From the NCBI GenBank assembly GCA_963727255.1, contig CAVSFC010000002.1, positions 704,001-768,000 on the forward strand: DNA of 64,000 bases, written 5' to 3'. The notes beneath the pieces are model-generated. The model was not told where the DNA came from, made no database searches, and worked only from the letters and a program-made list of their open reading frames with translations. A program made the position numbers and the translations under genes. Origin of the DNA: an uncultured bacterium (GTDB lineage: Bacteria; Babelota; Babeliae; Babelales; Vermiphilaceae). This document shows positions 9,558 to 19,409 of this stretch, one piece after another. Positions within the stretch are counted from its first letter, which is position 1, and each line of letters opens with the position of its first letter.

Positions 9558-10688
9558 TTACTTATAATTTGGGTTTTTCTTTGCATTAGCATTCCATGCT
9601 TCAAACCAAGCGTTTCGATCTTGAAATTTTTTAGCTAATTCGTCGTTTGATTTGTTTTTCTTTTCTTTCCAGGCTTTAAATTCTTGTTCTCTTTGCTGAT
9701 TGGTCTTCATTCTCTCTTCAACCGCAAGGTTTCGTGCTTTTTTTCGCGTTTGCATATACCAAGAATCGCCAAGTTTAATAATTTCTTTTTCTGTTTCCTC
9801 TATTTGTTGCCCAACTAGGTTTTTAAAATCAACGAGATCAGAAAGGTCATATGTGAGTTTGCTAATCGACCAATTTTTTTGTTTATTCGCAAATGTTCTG
9901 TTGAGTCGTTCTTTTTTTTCTGAGGCCTCATTATGATCAGATGGGCTCATGGGCGTCTTATTATAAAGAGGTTTGATTTTTTTTTCATATTCAGATTGCA
10001 AACTATCTATCTCACAATCAATGCCATAGAGGTCTTCCAATTCGCCCCGTTTTTCTTGCCGTGTTTTGAAATTTGTTCTACGAAGGTATGCCTCGAACCA
10101 AGCATTCCGTTCTTGAGCGACTTTATTTTTAGTAGCATATTCTTCTTGCCAGTCTTTAAACTCAGTTTCAGGATCTTTCGCAATTTTGTTGCGTTCTTTT
10201 TTTTGTAAGTTTTGTACATCTTTTTTTAATTTTTCATGCCAAGATTCGTGAGGTTTTGGTTGAGCAATATAATTTTCTTTTGAGGATTCTTTGATAGCTG
10301 GTTGTAATATATCTTTGTTAAAAAAATCCAAGCTCGTTATCATATAATGTTTAGAAAAACCCCACTTTGATTGTTTTTCCATAAATACTTTTTCAAGCTT
10401 ATCTTTATCTTTTTGCAAATCGCTTGCAAGATTAGAGTTTAATTGTTCTACAGGTTGATTTAGCACATTATAAATTTTAGCTATATTTTCAGCTTCTACT
10501 TCAATCTTTTGTAAACGTTCAAGTTCTTCTTGCGCAGCCACCATTTTTGCAGGATTCATTTTCCAATGATACGTTCTTTGAGCTGCTCGAATCCATGCAA
10601 ATGGATTAAAAAATGATGCTATGTCTGCTGATGCCGGCATGGCAACCAGAAGCGCCAAGCACAGTACTGAAAGTTTTATAAATTTCAT
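9558..10688 (-). CDS. Hypothetical exported coiled-coil protein with internal repeat
   Basis: Signal ASA|DIA; repeat EFKDWQEE...QERNAWFEAY and EFKAWKEK...QDRNAWFEAW. Confidence 0.7.
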   Translation of the reverse strand: MKFIKLSVLCLALLVAMPASADIASFFNPFAWIRAAQRTYHWKMNPAKMVAAQEELERLQKIEVEAENIAKIYNVLNQPVEQLNSNLASDLQKDKDKLEKVFMEKQSKWGFSKHYMITSLDFFNKDILQPAIKESSKENYIAQPKPHESWHEKLKKDVQNLQKKERNKIAKDPETEFKDWQEEYATKNKVAQERNAWFEAYLRRTNFKTRQEKRGELEDLYGIDCEIDSLQSEYEKKIKPLYNKTPMSPSDHNEASEKKERLNRTFANKQKNWSISKLTYDLSDLVDFKNLVGQQIEETEKEIIKLGDSWYMQTRKKARNLAVEERMKTNQQREQEFKAWKEKKNKSNDELAKKFQDRNAWFEAWNANAKKNPNYK

Positions 10689-10793
10689 AAAGCTCCTAGG
10701 CTTACTATTTTTAGGGTTGTATTTTTCTGTTATAAATATATATTTTCGGATAAAAATTAAAAGATGTCAATTCAGAGGATGCTTAAAGATTGG

Positions 10794-11219
10794 TTATCTA
10801 TCTTCTGATGCAGTTTTAATGCCAATTTGATACACCGGATAAATATCGATTATAGTTTCTTGATACGGATGAGCCAGTTTGATTGCATTAATAACATCTT
10901 CAAGCAGTTCTAACGAGCAGATTGTTTCGATGCGCTCTTCAGCGACTGTTTCTAAGTTATTTTCGGTGCCAATAAAAGGATGGGATCCAGAAAGTGGGAT
11001 AAAGCGGCTTGTGCCTTTTGCCGAGAAACTGCCAAACGCATACTGTTCGGTTTTGCCTGCGCCTGCTTTGCCCATCGCTTCTCTGATGGCATCGGCGTGC
11101 GTTTCAGGAACAATCACCACAATGGTTGCATAATTTGATAAGGGATATTCATTAAGTTGCTTCATGCAAAGAGCCTCGGCAAAAATAAACAGAGAGATGA
11201 AAAGTGATACTATTTTCAA
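10794..11219 (-). CDS. NIF3/YqfO PII-like domain protein with signal-like N-terminus
   Basis: VPETHADAIREAMGKAGAG..Y..SF...G..RF.P..GSHPFIG, EERIE, AHPYQE. Confidence 0.8.
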   Translation of the reverse strand: MKIVSLFISLFIFAEALCMKQLNEYPLSNYATIVVIVPETHADAIREAMGKAGAGKTEQYAFGSFSAKGTSRFIPLSGSHPFIGTENNLETVAEERIETICSLELLEDVINAIKLAHPYQETIIDIYPVYQIGIKTASEDR

Positions 11220-11249
11220 GAATTAAGCCTTTATTAAATGAGCGAAAAA

Positions 11250-11924
11250 TTATTGATCGCAAGGAGCTATCTGTTGCTCAAGTACCCCAATTATAGTATC
11301 AAGAGTTTCAATAAGATTCGGCAACTTATTAATATCAGTAATAAGCTCCATAGGATATTGCCATTTAACTTGAGATTCTATGAACAGTTGCGTGCATTTA
11401 GCGTAAGTTGCTGGTGTGGGTGATTTCTTCAATGCATCCCGATAATGTTTGAGCAAACACTCTGCTTCCCATCTGATCCGTGAACGATCTCTTAAATGTT
11501 CATATTTTTGATTGATATGCTCTTTTTTATTAATTTTTTCGTTAAGAATAATCATTGCATTATTGAGGTCATTAAAATCAAACTTGAGCCTGCTAATATT
11601 CATATTTTTCAAAGGAAGTTGCCATTCTTTGTTCTTGTCTTTTATTTCCTTATTAAATTCCTCAATAACTTCACTTACTTTTCTTTTTTTCAGTAGTTGA
11701 TTCTTAAAATCTTTTTCCATCTTCGTCATATCTTTTCTTGCTTGCGAATAACTTCTTAAAAGTGCTTTCTCTTGCTCAAGTAAATAATCTGAATGCGCAA
11801 TGGCAGAAATTTTCATTGTATCGAGCTGATTCGAAGAATTTATAGATAGATAAGGGGTTTCCATAGCCCTAACCTGAACTGTACAGAAGGCGAATGCCGC
11901 AAGCAAAATATGATATAGTTTCAT
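11250..11924 (-). CDS. Hypothetical exported coiled-coil protein
   Basis: GGAGG RBS before ATG 11924; signal VRA|MET. Confidence 0.7.
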   Translation of the reverse strand: MKLYHILLAAFAFCTVQVRAMETPYLSINSSNQLDTMKISAIAHSDYLLEQEKALLRSYSQARKDMTKMEKDFKNQLLKKRKVSEVIEEFNKEIKDKNKEWQLPLKNMNISRLKFDFNDLNNAMIILNEKINKKEHINQKYEHLRDRSRIRWEAECLLKHYRDALKKSPTPATYAKCTQLFIESQVKWQYPMELITDINKLPNLIETLDTIIGVLEQQIAPCDQ

Positions 11925-12012
11925 GAGAACCTCCAAAAAAATATTCTATATAAACTAGTACTTTACTATTTTGGCATAAAATGCCAATTTGTCAAGTAAA
12001 AATAGATGTTTT

Positions 12013-13140
12013 TTAGCCCAGAAACTTCTTGAAAAACCCTGCAATGCCTGAATTCCCTTGGGTTGAGGTGCCTATTTCACGGGAGTATTCCCCCAGGAGC
12101 TCTTTTGCTTTTTCAGAGAGCTTTTTAGGAATATCGCAGTTGGTGATTACCACTAAGTTGCCCCGACCGGAGCCGCGCAGCTTAGGAAACCCTTTACCGG
12201 CAATAATAATCTTTTCGCCGACTGGGCAACCTTTGCTCACCTTAATAGTTTCTTTAGTGCCATCAATATTTTCTATCTCTACCTGGCTGCCAAAAACGAG
12301 CTGCGGATAGGTGAGGACCACCGTGCACTGAAGATCATCATCAACACGCTTAAAGTGCTTATCTGGTTGAACGGTGACCTTTAAAAAGAGATCGCCGGAT
12401 GATCCGCCATAGACTCCTGCATCCCCTTTGCCGGCGATGCGCAGTTCGGCCCCATCAAAAATGCCTGCCGGAATGGTAACGCTAAATTTATCATACACTT
12501 GTTTGCGGGATTGCCCATTGCAGGTTGGGCACGGGGATGGAATAGTAAAACCTTGTCCACCGCAGGATGAACAGGTTTGCGAATACATAAAAAAGCCTTG
12601 GCTATAATGGACTTGCCCTGCACCTTTGCAGGTTGCGCATACTTGCGGTTTAGTGCCGGCTTTTGTTCCTTTGCCTTTGCAGGTATCACAGATCTCAAAA
12701 TGATAGTAGCTAATCTCTTGTTTTAGACCCGTGTATGATTCTTTGAGGGTGATGCTAATATCTTTGTGCAGGTCATGGCCGCGGCGCGGTTCTGGGCCTG
12801 TTTTTTTTCGTGTTCTGCGTTGGTCGCCAAAAATATCACCAAAAATATCGCCAAAATTCGCAAAAATATCATCCATATTCATGCCACCAGGGCCATGGCC
12901 GAATCCACCTTGTTGGCCCATGCCGGCATGCCCAAATTGATCATAGGTTTTACGTTTTTGGGCATCAGAAAGGACTTCATAGGCCTCAGCTGCTTCTTTA
13001 AATTTTTCTTCAGCTTCCTTATTGCCCGGATTGCGATCAGGGTGGTATTTTAAGGCTAACTTGCGGTAAGCGGCTTTAATCTCATCAGTGGTTGCCGAGC
13101 GAGGAACGCCGAGCACCTCATAAAAATCTTTTTTGCTCAT
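12013..13140 (-). CDS. dnaJ: Chaperone DnaJ
   Basis: J domain HPD, G/F region, four CxxCxGxG-type repeats. Confidence 0.97.
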   Translation of the reverse strand: MSKKDFYEVLGVPRSATTDEIKAAYRKLALKYHPDRNPGNKEAEEKFKEAAEAYEVLSDAQKRKTYDQFGHAGMGQQGGFGHGPGGMNMDDIFANFGDIFGDIFGDQRRTRKKTGPEPRRGHDLHKDISITLKESYTGLKQEISYYHFEICDTCKGKGTKAGTKPQVCATCKGAGQVHYSQGFFMYSQTCSSCGGQGFTIPSPCPTCNGQSRKQVYDKFSVTIPAGIFDGAELRIAGKGDAGVYGGSSGDLFLKVTVQPDKHFKRVDDDLQCTVVLTYPQLVFGSQVEIENIDGTKETIKVSKGCPVGEKIIIAGKGFPKLRGSGRGNLVVITNCDIPKKLSEKAKELLGEYSREIGTSTQGNSGIAGFFKKFLG

Positions 13141-13221
13141 GATTGGGTACTTTTATACATTGATAGGGTTGCGATACGTTTGGATTTATACGGTAGTATA
13201 TCATAAAAATAAGGAAAAAGT

Positions 13222-13620
13222 ATGAACTCTGCAAGTAAAAAGCTCTATCAATCTTGGCTTATTCTGCGAATTACTTATGGGACTCTTTTTATTCTGGTAG
13301 GGGCAGACAAATTTTTTAACCTGCTTACCAACTGGCAGCAGTTTATTGGTGCCACAACTAATCACTTTTTGCCTATCGATCCATCACTTCTTCTCAAATT
13401 AGTTGGTGTCATTCAAATTTCTGCCGGTCTGCTTCTTTTTACTCAATGGATTAAATACGGCATTTATCTTATTCTGGCTCTGCTCCTGGTTATTTTTATT
13501 AATCTATTCTCAGTGCCCATACCGCTCCTTGTTATTGGCCATGATTTAGGAATGATTGTAGGCATTATTGTGCTATGGAATTTAACTTTGCTACACGAAA
13601 ATAAAGTTTACCTACAATGA
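13222..13620 (+). CDS. DoxX-like membrane protein
   Basis: LRITYGTLFILVGADKFFNLLTNW; four TM helices. Confidence 0.75.
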   Translation: MNSASKKLYQSWLILRITYGTLFILVGADKFFNLLTNWQQFIGATTNHFLPIDPSLLLKLVGVIQISAGLLLFTQWIKYGIYLILALLLVIFINLFSVPIPLLVIGHDLGMIVGIIVLWNLTLLHENKVYLQ

Positions 13621-13629
13621 GGAGTTCTT

Positions 13630-14034
13630 ATGAATATTTCTCAATCTACCTATGATAAAGTGATGCAATCTTGGTGGTTGCTTAAGGTAACGTATGGTCT
13701 TTTCTTTATCATTGCCGGTGCTGATAAATTTATGAATCTGGTAACCGATTGGTCAAAATATGTTTCTCCACTAGTGCTCAAAATGTTTTCTGTAAATGCG
13801 CAGCAGTTTATTTGGGGGGTTGGCATTATAGAAATAATTATTGGTTTAGCTATCTTGCTTTTCGCGACTAGGGTCGGAGCATATTTGGCAATGTCCTGGC
13901 TGCTCATTATCGTGTTTAACTTGCTGGCCACGCATGGATTTTATGATATTGCTGTCCGCGATACCGTTATGGCCATGGGCGCATTAGTTTTAGCAATGCT
14001 TACCGAAGCACAAGAAGAATTGCGCTCAATATAG
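13630..14034 (+). CDS. DoxX-like membrane protein, paralog 2
   Basis: LKVTYGLFFIIAGADKFMNLVTDW, GIIEIIIG, YDIAVRD. Confidence 0.8.
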   Translation: MNISQSTYDKVMQSWWLLKVTYGLFFIIAGADKFMNLVTDWSKYVSPLVLKMFSVNAQQFIWGVGIIEIIIGLAILLFATRVGAYLAMSWLLIIVFNLLATHGFYDIAVRDTVMAMGALVLAMLTEAQEELRSI

Positions 14035-14039
14035 TAATA

Positions 14040-15056
14040 TTAACTTGATATGGGTTCAATGCGTTTCGGTTTTTTCTTTCCCATATTGGTATTATAGGTA
14101 TTGAGAATTCCCAAAACTTCACTAAGGCCTATGCGTGATCTACTAAACAAAATAAACGTTGGCTGCAAGCGAGGCTCAAATTTTTTCCAAAAGCGTTGCC
14201 GATCGTTCAATTTAAATATTTTTTTTGCTACTTGATAGGATTTGCGGACAAGCCATTCAGTAGTGGCCCCAACACCTTTGATCTCGCCTACCGTAGGAGC
14301 TGGTGAAGGTCCGGTCGAAAAGAATTGGCAGCCTTCCTTACGCAAGATATCAAACGCCGATAATAAAATTACTTCGGAAGTAAATTTAGGAGCTTCAGGA
14401 GTAATTCTTAAGATATTTAATACCCAACCATTATGCGCATCGATTCGATTGATAACTAAAAAGCCCAGAATAATCCCATTTTGTTCCGCATAAAACCATC
14501 GCTTATTTGAGCGATTAGTGAATATTCCATTATGCGCATAATGCAATTGGAGGCCCTTGCGATTGGCAAGCCATGCCGCACTTAATTGTTCAAGTTTTTC
14601 TTCTAATTCTTGATCGAATCCTGAATATTCTTTTACGACGACTCCATTGCGGATGGCTTGATTATATTTATTGCGGAGTAAGCTTGCATGAGATCCGGTG
14701 CGTGCTTTTGGGTCTTGAGATGGATCAATGATAATTTCTTGGCAAATTTCCAATGCGGTCCAATTCTTTTTATGCTCGAGAATCAACTGCATAAACTTTT
14801 CAGAAGCTGCAAGATAAATAACGGTTTTATTGTGTTCATTGCAATACTCGTGAAATGCATTGGTAAGTTGCTCGATATTTTCCGGTGGACAAACTGGATC
14901 GCATAGTGAAACCGCGCATTTTAGGGTGTCGCGATAACCTATAAACCCCTCCATTGATGGAATAGAAAATCTTTTACATAATGGATCGAACAATGCAATG
15001 GAAGCGGAATTGCCCCATTTCTGGATATAATCAATTAACATATTAGAATCATTCAT
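14040..15056 (-). CDS. Stand-alone DUF2156 / MprF C-terminal aminoacyl-tRNA-dependent transferase domain
   Basis: DPVCPPE, LRNKYNQA, WLANRK, APKFTSE, RFWKKFEP; no TM flippase domain. Confidence 0.8.
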   Translation of the reverse strand: MNDSNMLIDYIQKWGNSASIALFDPLCKRFSIPSMEGFIGYRDTLKCAVSLCDPVCPPENIEQLTNAFHEYCNEHNKTVIYLAASEKFMQLILEHKKNWTALEICQEIIIDPSQDPKARTGSHASLLRNKYNQAIRNGVVVKEYSGFDQELEEKLEQLSAAWLANRKGLQLHYAHNGIFTNRSNKRWFYAEQNGIILGFLVINRIDAHNGWVLNILRITPEAPKFTSEVILLSAFDILRKEGCQFFSTGPSPAPTVGEIKGVGATTEWLVRKSYQVAKKIFKLNDRQRFWKKFEPRLQPTFILFSRSRIGLSEVLGILNTYNTNMGKKKPKRIEPISS

Positions 15057-15113
15057 AGTCTCCCTTTCCCCTAAGTAATTTTATGGAAGCATATTCTGAT
15101 GCTAAAAAGCAAT

Positions 15114-15141
15114 AAAAAAGGGTGAGCATCTACGCTCACCC
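15114..15141 (-). terminator. Rho-independent terminator
   Basis: gggtgagc-atctac-gctcaccc with A-run on + strand. Confidence 0.75.
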
Positions 15142-15161
15142 GATTTTATTAAGTAAAAGCA

Positions 15162-15365
15162 TTATGCCTTTGGTTGCGCGGGGCAATCTTTTTGCGCAGG
15201 TGCAGGTGCAGCGGCTGCAGATTTTTGTCCCGGTTTCATTACTTGTGCAGGAGTTGGCTGAGTTGGTCTTGGTTTTTGGCATCCGCATTTATCTTTTGGC
15301 GCTTCAGCAAGTGCTAAGCTGCCAACCAAAGTACACAGTACTAAAGCAGATTGTAAAAGTTTCAT
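15162..15365 (-). CDS. Small exported Pro/Ala/Gln-rich peptide with 3 mature Cys
   Basis: AAGGAG RBS, signal ALA|EAP, own terminator. Confidence 0.75.
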   Translation of the reverse strand: MKLLQSALVLCTLVGSLALAEAPKDKCGCQKPRPTQPTPAQVMKPGQKSAAAAPAPAQKDCPAQPKA

Positions 15366-15455
15366 AAGATCTCCTTAGAATAGTGAGGTGTTAGTAACTT
15401 TTTTTAGAATATTTTTTTTATTGTTAGATCTGCAAGAGTCATCAAGAAAAATATC

Positions 15456-16478
15456 TTATTCTCGCATTAATCCCATATATATAGGATTGGCCACATTCCA
15501 GCATACCAATACTGAGTATAATAATTGATAGGGATCTTCTTTTATATATGCAGGCAGGGGAGGGAATGAGCTACTTGCCTGCTCGAAAAGTTCTCTAATG
15601 TATCGGTCAACAAATGCGTTTCCGGAAGATTGTATAATTTTAAGATCGGCCATCTTTCCTGCTCGATTAAGCGTAAAGTAGACACGCATCGTTGCTTCTA
15701 TCGGTTCATGGGTTTGGCATTTATCACGGTTAATAGCATGAGTATTTTGCAAGCACCATTGAATCTTTGCCAAATACCGTTCGTATTTTAGTTGTTCAGC
15801 AGTTGGCATTTTATTAGGATCTCCGCCAATAGTTTTGATGAGATTTTCACCCTCTTGCTTGAGTTGCTCTAAATACCCACGCGTGATGGTTGCTAATGCT
15901 TTTTGCGCTTGGCGTTTTTTAGCTGAGATTTTGTGAGTTTTTTGGGATGACTTTGGTTGTTCTAAATGTAAATTTTCTTTTGATTCGGCTAGATTATTTT
16001 GGATGGATTCTGATTGTGATTCACGTTCGTGGTGAGTGGCACCGGAGTGATCGTACCTGTCCGATATAGCTCTGGAAGAGCGACGGCTGGATCGAATCAT
16101 AGAAGTTTCATCTTCTGATTGTTGTGCATCATCATTTTCACTCTCCACTAATTCATCTGACCGGGATTCTTCATCGGTAACCCCAATAGTTTCATCTGGC
16201 ATCTCCATAGAGGCGTCAAGGGTGCTAGCCCTTGGTTTAAGTTCTGCCCACGAATTATCTTCTTGCGTAATCTGAGGTATCGGCTGTTGAATTTCAGGAT
16301 GAGTCTGTGGTGTTTCAGCAAAAACAGTTTCAGGGGTAGCAATGGCAGTTTTGGTGGTATCAAAATATACCCATTCATGCTCAGGAGAATTATAAAGAAT
16401 TAATAAGAGTATGAGTACTAAAATATGAAGCAGGAGCGAAATGCTTATAATGCGTATTTTTCTTGCCCGTAGATTCAT
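15456..16478 (-). CDS. TonB/TolA-like energy transducer
   Basis: N-terminal TM ISISLLLHILV (S..H motif), disordered linker, C-domain FTLNRAG...IIQSSGN..VD...FPPLP. Confidence 0.8.
   Translation of the reverse strand: MNLRARKIRIISISLLLHILVLILLLILYNSPEHEWVYFDTTKTAIATPETVFAETPQTHPEIQQPIPQITQEDNSWAELKPRASTLDASMEMPDETIGVTDEESRSDELVESENDDAQQSEDETSMIRSSRRSSRAISDRYDHSGATHHERESQSESIQNNLAESKENLHLEQPKSSQKTHKISAKKRQAQKALATITRGYLEQLKQEGENLIKTIGGDPNKMPTAEQLKYERYLAKIQWCLQNTHAINRDKCQTHEPIEATMRVYFTLNRAGKMADLKIIQSSGNAFVDRYIRELFEQASSSFPPLPAYIKEDPYQLLYSVLVCWNVANPIYMGLMRE
16024..16100. repeat. REP-like element lying in frame inside the TonB/TolA-like gene
   Basis: cgttcgtggtgagtg...atcgaatcat matches the ends of the 408-470 and 571-624 elements. 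Confidence 0.65.
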
Positions 16479-16564
16479 ATTCTGCCTTTTTTAATCAGAA
16501 AACTATTAGCACCAGTCTAGGGCATTTGTAAACGAGCTGCTAGTTTTTTTACGGCGCATCTGAT

Positions 16565-18016
16565 TTATGATAAATCAGCTCCGGTTTGCGGATGTTTTAA
16601 ATGATAATCTTGTTTGCTTCCGGTGATATCATTACGATAATACACTTGCCGCGGTTGTTCCCAATATTTTGAATAGCTGCCTCCTTTTTCTTGCCCATTA
16701 CCTTGGGCCACATAGATCAAATCATTAACGATTGCATTATGGCGCGGAGGAAGCCCGAGCCCCTTAATTCCCTTGAATGCGTTGTATAATTTATCAAGGA
16801 CTTTTTGAGCTGCATCTTTTCCGTTAAATATATAGACCACAAAATATGGCATGATGATTTTATTTTCCTGATCACCGATAAGTATTGGTGCTATGCGAAC
16901 CTTAAATCCGCCCACAAGATTTTGCAGTTCACTATCGCTCATTAAGAGTTTTATAAACCGATCGGTAAAACTCATAAGCGATTCCCAAGAATCCTCGGGC
17001 ATAGAATGAATTTTGTATGTTTTAACTAACTTTTGCGCTATTTCAGGATTTTGATAATTCCTTATATAATCATCAAGGAGGGCAGAAGAGCGAGGGCCTT
17101 TGAGATAGTCGGGCGAAAGAAAATGAACATAGCCGTCATCAGAAAATTTTATTCTGGCAGTGCCGTCAGAAGTTGACCAATTTTGATCAGTCTTGGCATC
17201 GCTTTTTAAAAAATTATCGGTTTTTGCAAGAGCAACTAATTGATCATATTTTTTCTTTATTATATTGTCATCGGTTACATGTCCCGAAGTAAATTGTTTA
17301 TATGATTTAGAATATGCTTTTATTTCTTCAGCCGATTTTTGAATGAGTTGATCGTAAAACTCATCAGCTTTTTGTTTATCCCACCCAGGATGCAAGTGTA
17401 TGATATCTTGGGAAAGAAATGGCTGTACGTTGCGATCGTTAATATTTACTTCTTCTATGACATCTGCAAGTTCGTTCATAAGTTGCCATTCTTCTTCAAT
17501 CGGTTTTTTCACGTATTTACCACAAATAAAATCAGTTTTTAATGTGTAATAGGTGTAGCGGCCATAGAATCCTATGCCTGTTTTTGATTCGATAGAGATC
17601 ATTGCGGTAATTTCTTGGGTGTTCTTGTGTTTTGTGCATGATTGAATTTGATCAAGTGCCTCATGAATAGGAAATTTTAAGGGCTCTTTTTGTCCCAAAG
17701 TTTGAGGCAAGTAAATTAATAGTTCGTAAACGGCGGTGCCATTATTTAAAACCGCAGTTTTTGCCTCTTCACGCTTTTGAATAAGTTTTACCGTTTCTAG
17801 AGTAATTTCCTGTTCGGGTGCGAATGGCCGTTTTTGAACGGCTCGATCAAAATCATGCACCTGACGCACTTCAATCTCGAGTGGATAAGTACTTTTATTA
17901 ATGATATGAACCGGACCTGCTTTGAAGATTTTGATATCTTTTTCATCGGCGATCGTAATACTACTCGATCCAATAAAAAATAAAACCAAACTTATATTCA
18001 AATGCTTCATGACCAT
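16565..18016 (-). CDS. Hypothetical exported protein; C-terminal region with OspF/SpvC-like lyase motifs
   Basis: Signal peptide; DGYVH, YKIH, FKV, YFVVY motifs (function tentative). Confidence 0.6.
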   Translation of the reverse strand: MVMKHLNISLVLFFIGSSSITIADEKDIKIFKAGPVHIINKSTYPLEIEVRQVHDFDRAVQKRPFAPEQEITLETVKLIQKREEAKTAVLNNGTAVYELLIYLPQTLGQKEPLKFPIHEALDQIQSCTKHKNTQEITAMISIESKTGIGFYGRYTYYTLKTDFICGKYVKKPIEEEWQLMNELADVIEEVNINDRNVQPFLSQDIIHLHPGWDKQKADEFYDQLIQKSAEEIKAYSKSYKQFTSGHVTDDNIIKKKYDQLVALAKTDNFLKSDAKTDQNWSTSDGTARIKFSDDGYVHFLSPDYLKGPRSSALLDDYIRNYQNPEIAQKLVKTYKIHSMPEDSWESLMSFTDRFIKLLMSDSELQNLVGGFKVRIAPILIGDQENKIIMPYFVVYIFNGKDAAQKVLDKLYNAFKGIKGLGLPPRHNAIVNDLIYVAQGNGQEKGGSYSKYWEQPRQVYYRNDITGSKQDYHLKHPQTGADLS

Positions 18017-18144
18017 CTTCCCTTTAGAATTTTCTTTATAGTAAGATATATTGTATTGTAAATGGGGATGTTTCTAAAAAACAATAACTGCGAAATTAAT
18101 AAAAGTTAGATGGATTTTAAGATTTTGAGAGGTATAAATAAAGT

Positions 18145-18768
18145 ATGGGGAAAAAATATTTTTTATGGAGCATTCTGCTTATTGGATATAGTTCTTTACT
18201 AAGTATGGGCGAATTCGATTTTTTATTAACTTTGACTTCCAAAGATCTTGATGAAAAGAGAAGAAAGGTTTATATATCAGCGGCTCATGATAATTCTAAG
18301 CAATTTATGCCAATTTTTGATGACTATCTGCAAACAATCGATTTAGAAAAATCTCTACAAGAAATTACTATACCGCATAATAAAGAACCTCAAACAACTT
18401 ATGTTAAGAGGTTAATTAGCCATTTGCGATCTTCGATTTATCCAACGCTGTATAATGCGATTGCAGTAGGAAACTATAAAATTGCAAAACTGCTACTGAT
18501 TCGATCTCCCACATTAAATTTGAAAAATGATCCAGGAAATTTTTTGCATATGATTTGCACTGGCAAATGGCATGAAAATGAAATAAAAACAAGAGAGATA
18601 ATCGATCTTTTACTCAAAGCAAAGATTGATATTAATCGAAAAAGAGAATCTAAGACTGCCCTTGATATTGCTGATGGTACAGAGCAATATGGGGATAAAT
18701 TTTCAGCCCCCGTTTCTATCCAAGAATTTTTGAAAAAAAAAGGAGCAAAAAGAGCTTCTGAATTATGA
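18145..18768 (+). CDS. Exported ankyrin-repeat protein
   Basis: Signal LLS|MGE; TLYNAIAVGNYKIAKLLL, IDINRK..KTALDIA, FLKKKGAK. Confidence 0.8.
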   Translation: MGKKYFLWSILLIGYSSLLSMGEFDFLLTLTSKDLDEKRRKVYISAAHDNSKQFMPIFDDYLQTIDLEKSLQEITIPHNKEPQTTYVKRLISHLRSSIYPTLYNAIAVGNYKIAKLLLIRSPTLNLKNDPGNFLHMICTGKWHENEIKTREIIDLLLKAKIDINRKRESKTALDIADGTEQYGDKFSAPVSIQEFLKKKGAKRASEL

Positions 18769-19346
18769 AGATATTAAAACGAGCCTTTTATGAACGCGAT
18801 ACAGCATTAGTTGCTCAAGAATTATTGGGCAAAGTTATTGTGCGCACAATTGACGCTACAACAATTCTTAAAGGCCGCATTGTAGAAACCGAAGCATATA
18901 TAGGCATTCATGATCAAGCAAGCCATGCGTATGGTGGCAAACGCACTCGAAACTCGCCTCTTTTTGGATCGGTCGGGCATGCCTATGTCTATTTTATTTA
19001 TGGCATGTATTTTTGCTTAAATTTCGTTTCACGAGCCAAAGGAATTCCGGCAGGCGGGGTATTAATTCGTGCTATCCAACCGCTTGAAGGGATTGAGTAT
19101 ATGCAGCATAAACGGAACACGCATAAATTGCAGGCACTCACGAGTGGCCCCGGAAAACTCACCAAAGCATTTTCAATCGATAGAACTTTGAATGGAATTG
19201 ACGTGACCAAGAAAGGCCCATTATTTGTAATCGACACTCCGGATATTCCTAAGAATGAGATCATAGCAACTGGGCGCGTTGGAGTTTCAAAAGCGGCTCA
19301 TGAATTGCTGAGATATTATATTAAGGGAAATCAGTTTGTATCATGA
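18765..19346 (+). CDS. mpg: DNA-3-methyladenine glycosylase (MPG/AAG family)
   Basis: GRIVETEAYIG, AYVYFIYGMYFCLN, GVLIRA, SGPGKL, RVGVS. Confidence 0.95.
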   Translation: MKILKRAFYERDTALVAQELLGKVIVRTIDATTILKGRIVETEAYIGIHDQASHAYGGKRTRNSPLFGSVGHAYVYFIYGMYFCLNFVSRAKGIPAGGVLIRAIQPLEGIEYMQHKRNTHKLQALTSGPGKLTKAFSIDRTLNGIDVTKKGPLFVIDTPDIPKNEIIATGRVGVSKAAHELLRYYIKGNQFVS

Positions 19347-19409
19347 TGTTAATTTTAACGCAATACATCGAATTGATTACCTTTGTCTAATGTTATTTGC
19401 TCAAACTTT

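Noticed and set aside
13140..13222. CIRCE element upstream of dnaJ
   Set aside because: No TTAGCACTC-N9-GAGTGCTAA match
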